64,000 bases of DNA from Candidatus Tectimicrobiota bacterium (GTDB lineage: Bacteria > JACPUC01): NCBI GenBank assembly GCA_016192455.1, contig JACPUC010000003.1:248001-312000 (forward strand). Reading direction: 5' to 3'. The notes below the pieces were generated by a model that was given only the letters and a program-made list of their open reading frames with translations, was not told the DNA's origin and did no database searches. The position numbers were made by a program, and so were the translations under genes. Below are positions 35,564-43,969 of the stretch, piece after piece. Positions within the stretch are counted from its first letter, which is position 1, and the number at the start of each line of letters is the position of its first letter.

Positions 35564-36713
35564 GCTCGTCCCTCTCGAACCAGAGGTCGCCGCCCTCGCC
35601 GGTGCTCGCCCTGGCTCGGCGAATGATGCGCCGCAGCATCGCCGCATCGACGTTCTCCCCACCCAGGCCGGCGATGACGCTGTAAAGGCGCGGACCCTTG
35701 CCGCCGCGCAGGTAGAGGCGCGACGCCAGCTCGGTGGCGAAGACGCCGCCGCAGCCTACAGAGATGTTTCGATCAAGAACGATGAGCCGTTGGGCGGAGG
35801 CGCTGTGCCGGATGATGTCGTCAATGGGGAACGGCCGCAGCGCCCGCAGCTTCAGGAGACCCACCTTGGCGAGATCGGCGCCGCCCTCCTCTTCGAGGGT
35901 GGCGCGGACCGTGCCGGCGATGATGCCCGTGGCCACAATGATCGTCTCGGCGCCGTCGGCGCGGTAGGCCTCGACGAGCTCGTAGCGCCGCCCCGACACC
36001 GCCGCAAACTCGTGGAACAGCTCCCCCAGGACCATGTGCGGCAGGGCCACGGTCTCCTCGTGCAGGTGCTGGTGGAAATCGAAGAAGGTGCGGGCGGGAG
36101 CCAGGCCGCCGAAGCCGTCCGTCCCGGCGTTGTGGGGCTGGTAGGTCTCGGGCGGCGCCGCCGGCAGGAAGCGGCGCAGGTCGCCCGGCTCGGGCAGCTC
36201 GACGATCTCCCGCGAGTGCGACAGGAAGAAGCCGTCCCCCACCACGAGCACCGGCATGAGCACCTCCTCGGCCAGCCGGTAGGCGATGAGGATGAAATCA
36301 ATGATCTCCTGCACGGATTCGCAGTAAAACTGCAGCCAGCCGACGTCGCGCAGGAGGAGGGAGTCGTTCTGGTGCGAGCCGAAGTTCCAGCAGGGCCCGC
36401 GCACGCCGCGGTTGAAGACGCCCATGACGATGGGCAGGCGGCTGCCGGCGACCTCCCACCACATCTCCGTCATGTAGGCCAGGCCGTGGCTTGCCGAGGC
36501 CGTGAAGACGCGCGCCCCGCGCCAGGCGGCCCCGGAGAGGAGGGCCATGACGTTGTACTCCGAGCTGGCGCGCAGGACGCGGATGTGGGGGTGCCGCAGC
36601 AGGACGTCGATCACTTCGCTCTGCGGCGTGATCGGGTAGACGGCGGCGATCTGCACGTTGGCCAGGGCCGCGGCCTCTCCCATCGCCTCGACGCCGCTCA
36701 GGAGCTTCTTCAT
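35553..36713 (-). CDS. 2-oxoacid:acceptor oxidoreductase alpha subunit
   Basis: YPITPQSE, RVFTASASHGL, DGFFLSH, LKLRALRPFP. Confidence 0.9.
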   Translation of the reverse strand: MKKLLSGVEAMGEAAALANVQIAAVYPITPQSEVIDVLLRHPHIRVLRASSEYNVMALLSGAAWRGARVFTASASHGLAYMTEMWWEVAGSRLPIVMGVFNRGVRGPCWNFGSHQNDSLLLRDVGWLQFYCESVQEIIDFILIAYRLAEEVLMPVLVVGDGFFLSHSREIVELPEPGDLRRFLPAAPPETYQPHNAGTDGFGGLAPARTFFDFHQHLHEETVALPHMVLGELFHEFAAVSGRRYELVEAYRADGAETIIVATGIIAGTVRATLEEEGGADLAKVGLLKLRALRPFPIDDIIRHSASAQRLIVLDRNISVGCGGVFATELASRLYLRGGKGPRLYSVIAGLGGENVDAAMLRRIIRRARASTGEGGDLWFERDEHVS

Positions 36714-38419
36714 GGCGCGACCTCCGCCTCCTGGACCATCGACATCGCCGCCCGCGGACACTCCTCGACGCAGACGCCGCAGCCCTTGCAGCGCTCCTCG
36801 TCGATGGTGAAGTAGCCGCCGGGGAGCTGGAGCACCGCGGCGTCGGGGCAGAAGGTGAAGCAGTTGCCGCACACCGTGCAGGCGCCGCAGTTGAAGCAGC
36901 GGCGCCCCTCCTGCCGCGCCGCCTCCTCGGCGAGACTCAGGTTCACCTCCGAGAAACCCCGGCGCGCGGCGAGGGAGAGCTGAGGCCGCGGGCCGCGCGG
37001 TTGGCGGGGGAAGTAGTCGAGGTTGAGGGCGGCGAACTTGGTGACCGAGCGCGGCGCCGGCTGGCCGTCCGACGCCGGCGACAGCGCCTCGTAGCGCCGC
37101 AGGGAGAGCGCCGGCCCGGCGCCGATGGTGAGCCTTGGGAGGAGTTCCCGCGCATCGCGCCCGCGTAGGTGGCAATCAATGCCCAGCGCGGCCCGCTTTG
37201 CGGAGCCGATGGCCTGCACCACGCTGTAGGTGCCGGTGAGGTCGCCCCCGGCGAACAGGGAGGGGAGGCGGGTTTGGCCAAGTTCGTTGACCAGCAGCCG
37301 GCCGTTCTCGAACATCTCCGAGGGCAGGAACGGCGCCATGGCTTCCTGGCCGATGGCGTAGAGGCAGAGATCGGCGGTATGCGCGGCGGCGGCCTCGGTA
37401 AGGACGGGCCGTCCCTGCTCCAGGCGCTCGACGCCGCGGAACTCGGCGAGTAGGCCGGCCGCCCGGGGAGCAAAGCGGATGGGCGCCCAGGCGGGGTGCA
37501 GGCCGATGCCCTCGCGCTCCGCCTCGGAGATCTCCTCGGGATGCGCCGGCATCGTCTGGCGGTCTTCGAGGCAGTAGAGCTGCACGTCGGCGGCCCCGAG
37601 CCGAGCCGCCGTGCGCGCCGCATCAATGGCCACATCGCCGCCGCCGATGACGAGGACCGAGCCCTCGACGCGCCGCAGGGTCCCCTCGCGCACCCGGCGC
37701 AGAAAGTCGATCCCCGCCTTCGCCGGCACGTCTCCCACCCCCGGCACCGGGAGCTTCTTGGCGGCCGCCAGCCCCGCCGCCAGGAAGACGGCATCGTAGC
37801 CAACCAGGAGGTCCTGGAAGGCGACATCCTGCCCCACCCGGCAGCCGAGGCGATACTCCAGGCCCAGCGCCGCCAGCCGCTCGGTCTCGGCTTCAACGAT
37901 CCGCGCCGGCAGGCGGTACTCTGGAATGCCGTAGCGCAGCATCCCCCCGGGGGCCGTGTGGCGCTCGTACACCGTGACCCGGTAGCCCCAGCGCAGGAGG
38001 TGGTAAGCGGCCGTCAGCCCGGCCGGCCCGGCGCCGATGATGGCGACGCGCTCGCCGCGGCGCGCCGCGGCCGCCGCCGGCGTGCGCCGCCCGTGCTCGG
38101 CCGCGGCCCGCTCCAGGAGGTTGATGTGCACCGCGCCGTCGTAGGAGGCACGGTTGCAGGCCGCTTCGCAGGGATGGTAGCAGACGCGACCGGTGATGCT
38201 CGGGAAGGGGCTTTCGGCCAGGAACAACGCCAGGGCGGCGTCGAAGCGGCCCTCCCGCGCCAGATGCAGGGCCGCGGCGATGTCATGACCGGCGGGACAC
38301 GCCTCGCGGCAGGGGCTCGTCTTGGCTTCGAAATCGTACACCGGCCGGACGCTGCGCTGATCGCGAAAGCTCATGCGCAGCACGCCGACGGTGTGCACCC
38401 GCTCCGCCGCCCCTTTCAT
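36710..38419 (-). CDS. GltD-like FAD/NAD(P) oxidoreductase fused to 2x[4Fe-4S] (delta-like) domain
   Basis: CREACP/GRVCYHPCE, GAGPAG, GGGDVAID, C-terminal CTVCGNCFTFCP and CKGCGVCVEECP. Confidence 0.88.
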   Translation of the reverse strand: MKGAAERVHTVGVLRMSFRDQRSVRPVYDFEAKTSPCREACPAGHDIAAALHLAREGRFDAALALFLAESPFPSITGRVCYHPCEAACNRASYDGAVHINLLERAAAEHGRRTPAAAAARRGERVAIIGAGPAGLTAAYHLLRWGYRVTVYERHTAPGGMLRYGIPEYRLPARIVEAETERLAALGLEYRLGCRVGQDVAFQDLLVGYDAVFLAAGLAAAKKLPVPGVGDVPAKAGIDFLRRVREGTLRRVEGSVLVIGGGDVAIDAARTAARLGAADVQLYCLEDRQTMPAHPEEISEAEREGIGLHPAWAPIRFAPRAAGLLAEFRGVERLEQGRPVLTEAAAAHTADLCLYAIGQEAMAPFLPSEMFENGRLLVNELGQTRLPSLFAGGDLTGTYSVVQAIGSAKRAALGIDCHLRGRDARELLPRLTIGAGPALSLRRYEALSPASDGQPAPRSVTKFAALNLDYFPRQPRGPRPQLSLAARRGFSEVNLSLAEEAARQEGRRCFNCGACTVCGNCFTFCPDAAVLQLPGGYFTIDEERCKGCGVCVEECPRAAMSMVQEAEVAP

Positions 38420-38958
38420 AGCAGGGTCACTCCTTCAAACCCTTCGCGGGCGAGCAAGAGGTTCGTCTCGCTCTGGGGGCCAAAGCGTTCCTGGATGGCG
38501 TCCAGCAGAACCGGCAGGGCGCACAGCCCGCTCACCCGCACGAACGCGCCGGCCATCGCGGTGCTGAGGATGGGGACGTTGGCCTTCACCAGGTGGTGCT
38601 TCAGGGCGATGCCCTGGGCGTCGAGGCAGGCGAGGCGCGGCGCCAGGCCGCGAGAGGGCGCCCCCTGCCGCCCCGCGTTCAGGAGCAGCAATCCGTCGGG
38701 CGCCAGCATCTTCACCATGGCGGGTTGCAGCAGGTTTTGATGGAAGATGATGAGCGCATCGACGTTCCGCCGGGGAAGGCTGCGATCCCCCAGCCGGCCG
38801 ATTCTGATCGTGTAGGTCACGAGCTGCCCCATCATGGCGCCGCTGTAAAGCGGCGAACCCTGCACGGGGTGGCCGGCCCGGAAGAACGCCTCGAGAAGGA
38901 GATCGCCGGTCAGCTTGGCGCCCTGACCGCCTCGCCCATAGATGACCACCTGTCTCAT
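38416..38958 (-). CDS. 2-oxoacid:acceptor oxidoreductase gamma subunit
   Basis: YGRGGQGA N-terminus; operon context. Confidence 0.88.
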   Translation of the reverse strand: MRQVVIYGRGGQGAKLTGDLLLEAFFRAGHPVQGSPLYSGAMMGQLVTYTIRIGRLGDRSLPRRNVDALIIFHQNLLQPAMVKMLAPDGLLLLNAGRQGAPSRGLAPRLACLDAQGIALKHHLVKANVPILSTAMAGAFVRVSGLCALPVLLDAIQERFGPQSETNLLLAREGFEGVTLL

Positions 38959-39055
38959 CGCGCGCTCCTTGCTGGCGCGTGCCGGCGGCTCGGTTGGGCC
39001 GCGGCGGCGCGGGCAGCTCGGCTCCCGCCGTGCCTCCCGCGCCGCGCTCCCCTGC

Positions 39056-40084
39056 CTATGGCGTAAGACGTTTCTGCGCCGCCTGCAGGTAGGAGAGGTC
39101 GGTGTACTTCTTTACCTCGAAGGGAGACTTGATGAACTTCAGCGAGGCCATCTCATCAATGTTCCGTTGCAGGGCCTCGATGTCCGGCACCGCGCTGCGA
39201 TCGCGATACCAATCGCGCTTGGTGAGCAACCAGCTCGCATAGACGCTGCGCGGCACCTTGGAGTACCTGGCGGCGATGTCCACCGCCTCCTCGCGATTCG
39301 CCGGATCGAGGAACCAGCGGTGCGCCCGCAAGAAGTCTTCCAGGTAATCGACCACCACCTGCCGATTCGCCTCCAGCCAGTCACGCTTCGCAACGCCCAT
39401 GATGAACTGCGTCACTCCCAGGGCGTCACCTAGATCGAAAATCTTCTGCAAGCCGCCGCCGGCCATGGCTTTGTCATAGAACGGCTGCACCAGCACCCCG
39501 GCGTCGATCTTCTTCTGCCGCAGCATCACTTCCTGATTCGGGAAGGCGACCTCGGTAATGAAGAAGTCCTTGCGGTCCTCCATCTTGTGTTTGCGCATCA
39601 TGCTGCGCAGCCCCAGATCAACGCCGGCGCCCGCCACGTTGATGGCGACCCGTTTCCCCTTCAGGTCTTCAACCTTCGACAGGCCCGAATCCGCCAGGGT
39701 CACCCAGGTCTGCGAGAAGTAGCCCTTGACGCCGTCGCGCATGATGTCGTGAATGATCTTCACGTCGAGCTGTCCGTTCACCACCGCGATCGCATAGCTC
39801 GAGAAGGCCAGGCCGGTGATCTGCAACTCATTTGCCGCCATGGCCTGGATTTGCGGCGAGCTGCCCTTGAAGAGAGTTGCCTCGACGGTGTACGACTTGC
39901 CGTAGTTTTTCAGGATCTCCGGCTTCTCCCAGTAAAGGGGATGGAGTTCCGCCCCCAGCACCGTGTAGCCAACCTTGATCTTCACGGGTTCGGCGGCGGT
40001 TGGAGCAAGGGCGCCCCAGCCAAGAACAAGGACAACGACGACAACAGCCGCAACAAGATGGTAGGCGATTCTTCCGCGGCGCAT
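39056..40084 (-). CDS. ABC transporter substrate-binding protein (NitT/TauT family)
   Basis: Signal peptide, KVEDLKGKRVAIN, DAGVLVQPF. Confidence 0.88.
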   Translation of the reverse strand: MRRGRIAYHLVAAVVVVVLVLGWGALAPTAAEPVKIKVGYTVLGAELHPLYWEKPEILKNYGKSYTVEATLFKGSSPQIQAMAANELQITGLAFSSYAIAVVNGQLDVKIIHDIMRDGVKGYFSQTWVTLADSGLSKVEDLKGKRVAINVAGAGVDLGLRSMMRKHKMEDRKDFFITEVAFPNQEVMLRQKKIDAGVLVQPFYDKAMAGGGLQKIFDLGDALGVTQFIMGVAKRDWLEANRQVVVDYLEDFLRAHRWFLDPANREEAVDIAARYSKVPRSVYASWLLTKRDWYRDRSAVPDIEALQRNIDEMASLKFIKSPFEVKKYTDLSYLQAAQKRLTP

Positions 40085-40299
40085 GAGACACCCTCCTCCC
40101 GAGCTGCGAGAAACACTGCTCCGGGCGTCACCGCAACGCCCCTCATCCCCCCCATCAACCCGGGGCCTTGCCGGCGCCTGGGCTGTTCGTCTCCTCGGCC
40201 GTCTTGATCTCGCCGCGCGCGCCGCAACCGCCCCGCGCAGAGCTCCGCGATCGAGCCCGCGGATCGCCCGTCCGCGCCCAACGCACTGGCGGCGCCGTT

Positions 40300-40405
40300 C
40301 TCTTCGAGCGCGCGCCGAACTCGAGCCGGCGGGAGAAGGTTTTCAAGGCGTTTCTTCTTCATTACACCCTAGGGGCATTACCGTTCCTTGACATCCGTCA
40401 AGAAA
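40300..40405 (+). repeat. 106-bp direct repeat, left copy
   Basis: Ungapped alignment with 43448-43553, 85/106 identical by hand count, 23-bp perfect core CGAACTCGAGCCGGCGGGAGAAG. Confidence 0.9.
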
Positions 40406-40457
40406 GACTGCGCAGCGCCAGCGAGGGAGGGAAAAGTAGCGCCGTGGAAGGAATTCG

Positions 40458-40520
40458 CTTGAAAACGGTTCAAGACCTGCTACGATACTGGTCGATACGG
40501 AACCTGATACGGCTTGATAT
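40458..40520 (+). promoter_or_regulatory. Putative promoter/operator of MerR-HTH-vsr-MTase operon
   Basis: TTGAAA-16-TACGAT; inverted repeat CTTGAA-N5-TTCAAG; GATAC/GATAT direct repeats at 40484, 40494, 40506, 40516. Confidence 0.5.
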
Positions 40521-40530
40521 GGGATGACCC

Positions 40531-40755
40531 GTGAGCAAGTACCGGCTGAGCCAGGTCGCCAGGATGGTCGGTGTTGCCCCGATCACGCTTAAGCGTTGCC
40601 TGCTCGATGGCAGGATCGACGAGGTTGCGCGCGACCGGAACAACTGGCGCGTGTTCACCGACGAGGATGTTGAGCGGATTCGCGATTACGTGAACGTGAC
40701 TCGACCGCCAGAGGCGACACCGCTCTTCGATGGGCTGCGGAGGAGGCGGCGATGA
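40531..40755 (+). CDS. Small MerR-like (BldC/Xis-type) HTH protein
   Basis: YRLSQVARMVGVAPITLKR..GRI..RDRNNWRVFTDEDVERI. Confidence 0.8.
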   Translation: MSKYRLSQVARMVGVAPITLKRCLLDGRIDEVARDRNNWRVFTDEDVERIRDYVNVTRPPEATPLFDGLRRRRR

Positions 40756-41159
40756 CCGACATGGTGTCAGCCGAGAGACGCAGCCAGATCATGGCGCGGA
40801 TTCGTTCGACTGACACCACGCCAGAGATGACCGTGCGACGCCTCTTGCACCGCATGGGCTATCGCTTTCGGTTGCACGTTCGCGACTTGCCCGGCCGTCC
40901 CGACATCGTGCTGCCGAAGTACAAGACGGCGATTCTGGTCCACGGATGCTTCTGGCATGGCCACCGGTGCAAGGACGGCAGAAGGCCGAAGAGCAACATG
41001 GGCTACTGGAATGGGAAACTCGACAGGAACAAGAACCGAGACAAGATCAACAAGCAGCGCCTGAGGCGGGCCGGATGGAAGCCTGTCGTGATCTGGGCCT
41101 GTCAGTGCACGGAAGAAGACAGACTCATGGACATCATCAGAAATGCCCTCGATGAATAG
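40752..41159 (+). CDS. vsr: Very short patch repair endonuclease
   Basis: RSQIMARIRSTDTTPE, LPGRPDIV, VHGCFWHGH. Confidence 0.95.
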   Translation: MTDMVSAERRSQIMARIRSTDTTPEMTVRRLLHRMGYRFRLHVRDLPGRPDIVLPKYKTAILVHGCFWHGHRCKDGRRPKSNMGYWNGKLDRNKNRDKINKQRLRRAGWKPVVIWACQCTEEDRLMDIIRNALDE

Positions 41160-42177
41160 GAAAGCCATGGGCAAGGAACGCCGCAAGGTCGAGACGAAGT
41201 ACCGGCTCGTCTCATTCTTCTCAGGAATCGGTGGGTTCGACCTTGGGTTTGAGCGTGCGGGCTTTGAGATCGTATACCAATGCGAGATTAACGACTTCTG
41301 CAACCGAATCCTCGAACAACACTGGCCCGATGTCCCCAGGTCTAAAGACATCCGGAGGGTGAACCATGAAGAAATCCCGGACGCCGACGTGTGGGCCGCA
41401 GGTTTCCCCTGCCAAGATGTCTCTCTTGCAAGAATGGGCCCGCGATCAGGGCTTAGAGGGAAACAGTCTGGCCTCTTTTATGACTTTGCTCGGGTCATTG
41501 GGGACGCTCTGCCCGGAGTTGTTCTTATCGAGAACGTCGCAGGTCTCCTCTCTTCCCACGGAGGACGAGACTTCCAAGTCGTCATACGAACGCTGGCCGA
41601 ACTCGGGTATGCTGTTGGATGGCGTGTGTTTAACAGCAAGAACTTCGGAGTCGCCCAGTCGCGCCAAAGAGTCTACATTGTTGGATGTCATCGAGACTGG
41701 CGAACTGCCGCCGAGATACTTTTTGAGCCCCAACGCGGCAAAAGGAATGCTGACTCGCGCGGACAGAATGGGCAGGAATCTGTTTCCCCCTTTAAGAAGA
41801 GCTTTGGAGATCCTGTCAGAGGCCCAGTAGTCCAAGGCTTGGCCTACTGCTTCTACGCCTGCTCTGCACGCCACACGGGGACCGACTGGAGCCGAACCTA
41901 TGTAACCTATCCGGAGGGGCGAGTGCGGCGGCTAACTCCACGGGAAGGCGAGGCGATTCAGGGCTTCCCGGTGAACTGGACGCTCCCGAAAGACGCCATC
42001 GAGGATTCTGAAGACCTCGACGCTCTGCGCTATCACGCCGTCGGCAATGCGGTGACGGTCAACGTCGCGGAATGGCTCGCCCAACGCATCGCGGACGCTC
42101 TGGCCCAAAGCTCGGCAGAGCCGGCCGCAGCTAGACTTCCTGATTCTGACGGAGTTCTTCAAGGAACTGCACGTTAG
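41143..42177 (+). CDS. DNA cytosine-5 methyltransferase (alpha polypeptide)
   Basis: Motif I FSGIGG, IV GFPCQD, VI ENV, VIII QSRQRVYIVG, X GNAVTV. Confidence 0.95.
   Translation: MPSMNRKAMGKERRKVETKYRLVSFFSGIGGFDLGFERAGFEIVYQCEINDFCNRILEQHWPDVPRSKDIRRVNHEEIPDADVWAAGFPCQDVSLARMGPRSGLRGKQSGLFYDFARVIGDALPGVVLIENVAGLLSSHGGRDFQVVIRTLAELGYAVGWRVFNSKNFGVAQSRQRVYIVGCHRDWRTAAEILFEPQRGKRNADSRGQNGQESVSPFKKSFGDPVRGPVVQGLAYCFYACSARHTGTDWSRTYVTYPEGRVRRLTPREGEAIQGFPVNWTLPKDAIEDSEDLDALRYHAVGNAVTVNVAEWLAQRIADALAQSSAEPAAARLPDSDGVLQGTAR
41417..41830 (+). CDS. Nested out-of-frame C5-MTase beta polypeptide (M.EcoHK31I-beta-like)
   Basis: Alternative frame inside MTase encodes TSKSSYERWPNSGM..ESTLLDVIETGELPPRYFLSP..GMLTRA..LRRALE, resembling my recollection of the EcoHK31I beta subunit; start uncertain (41366 or 41417). 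Confidence 0.72.
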   Translation: MSLLQEWARDQGLEGNSLASFMTLLGSLGTLCPELFLSRTSQVSSLPTEDETSKSSYERWPNSGMLLDGVCLTARTSESPSRAKESTLLDVIETGELPPRYFLSPNAAKGMLTRADRMGRNLFPPLRRALEILSEAQ

Positions 42178-43312
42178 GCCAATCTTCCGGCCTCGCCGGC
42201 AGACGCTCCCCAGGAACCTGCCCCGCCAGTCCATCGAACACGTCCAAGCTGAAGGGCGTTCCGGCCTGCGCTATCGCCGCACGTGCCGCTTGCGAGACCT
42301 CAACGTGATAGTGCCCGGCGCGAGCAGATACGACGAGGATGCCCTCGTCGAAGGCCCAATGGCAAAGCTTGCATAGGCAAATGCCGTTGTCTGTCCTGTC
42401 GAGGTCGTAGTCGGCCCACGGGAGGATGTGGGCCGCATCGACGCCGGGCACTCTATTGAAGGGCGTAGGCGGGTACTGCTTACCGCAAACGAGGCACGTG
42501 GACCGGTAAGCGTCGCGCACCCGAACACGAAAGCGGGCGGTCTCTGTCCCCCGGTGTGCGGCCCATCGTTTCCACTCTCGAATCGTTCGCCGGCGGAGTT
42601 CGACTTCTTCGGGGTCGATGTCCTCGACCCGAACCGCAGGTTCGGCGATCTGAATGTCCAGGAGTTCAAGAAGCGGTGGCAAGGCGTCCGTGTATTCGTT
42701 GTAGGCGATGCCAAAGTCCGCTGCCTGGTCAGCCAGGACGGACTGAAGCTCTGACACAAGCCTCTCGGCTTCGGAATGCAGGGGACCGCCGCCGCGCACA
42801 AGGGCCTCATGGCGCTCGATGATCGCCTGCATTTCCGAGGGTAGTTTCTGCCTCTTCTGCCACAGCCGGACCACGCCGGCAACTCTTCTGTCAAAGTGAA
42901 GCTCTTCGGCCGGGTGGTCCGCATTCGACAAGACCACCTCGCCCACGGCCAGGGTCGCACGGCCTGCTTCGCGGTCTACGGCCTTGATCTCAACCGTCTC
43001 GATTGCATAGCGGCCCTTCTGGACGATTGGCATTCCGCCGCCCATTGTTACGTTCGATCTGATCGCCTCGGGCAGCAGCAGGACCGCGACAAGCTGGCGA
43101 TGCAGCTGCATGTTGGCATCAGGCCGGACGATCCGAATGCGGAACTTGCCTTGAGCATGAAGCAGTACGCATCCGGAGTCGAGAAGAAGGCCATCGCCAA
43201 GGTCCAACACGAGCCGGTGATCAACGAGGTCGTGCGGGGTTATCCCACCGGGCGCCTCTTCGCTGATCTCGTACTCGCCGCGACCGCCGCTTGTCCTTCG
43301 CGATATCCTCAT
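42131..43312 (-). CDS. HNH endonuclease, probable cognate restriction enzyme
   Basis: FRVRVRDAYRSTCLVCG..DAAHILP..NGICLCKLCHWAFDEG; convergent, 47-bp 3' overlap with MTase. Confidence 0.85.
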   Translation of the reverse strand: MRISRRTSGGRGEYEISEEAPGGITPHDLVDHRLVLDLGDGLLLDSGCVLLHAQGKFRIRIVRPDANMQLHRQLVAVLLLPEAIRSNVTMGGGMPIVQKGRYAIETVEIKAVDREAGRATLAVGEVVLSNADHPAEELHFDRRVAGVVRLWQKRQKLPSEMQAIIERHEALVRGGGPLHSEAERLVSELQSVLADQAADFGIAYNEYTDALPPLLELLDIQIAEPAVRVEDIDPEEVELRRRTIREWKRWAAHRGTETARFRVRVRDAYRSTCLVCGKQYPPTPFNRVPGVDAAHILPWADYDLDRTDNGICLCKLCHWAFDEGILVVSARAGHYHVEVSQAARAAIAQAGTPFSLDVFDGLAGQVPGERLPARPEDWPNVQFLEELRQNQEV

Positions 43313-43447
43313 GCCGTTTCAGAACCCTCGAACCCTCGGATGAACCAGAACGAGGGGCCATCCTATCGCTCGCCACGGCAATAGGCAATCCGTTACTTGA
43401 GACGGGATTAGATGTCGCTTTGGCCGACTTGGCGGCGAGGGCCCGCC

Positions 43448-43553
43448 CTCTTCCAGCGTGCGGCGAACTCGAGCCGGCGGGAGAAGATTCTTAAGGCTTC
43501 TCTTCGTCCTTACACCTTATGGGTGCTATTGTTCCTTGATCTTTGTCAAGAAA
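43448..43553 (+). repeat. 106-bp direct repeat, right copy
   Basis: Matches 40300-40405. Confidence 0.9.
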
Positions 43554-43969
43554 TCGCCGCATGGCACGGCGCCGTCGGGGCGAGAGGGACGCCCCCACTC
43601 CGCCGTGGTGCTGATGGTTCGGGCTTTCTAACATGTCAATCGACGGGCGCTCATACCCTTACGCTCTTGGAAGACGGCGGCGATGCCCTCCTGTGCCGAC
43701 TGCTCCACCAGGTGAAACGGCGGCTGCGGTCCCTGGGCTGGAGGATGCTGGCAACGCGGCTCTCCTTCCGTCCTATTGGCAAAGGATTGGAGCCTCGGGC
43801 GCGCCGCGGCCGGACGCGGGGCCGCCGCCGTCCGCGCGCGGCTTCTTGCGCAGGCTGGAAAACCGCGCTAGGCTGCGGGGTTCAAGGTAACGCCGCGGGC
43901 TTGCTGGCCGAGTACGCAACGGAGACCATGGGTAATGGCTGGTTCCTATCCGCTCGTGAAGGAGCTGAT

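Noticed and set aside
43412-43969. 186-aa N-terminal extension of the 1636-aa ORF
   Set aside because: Runs through the direct repeat and intergenic DNA; RBS and signal peptide indicate start at 43970
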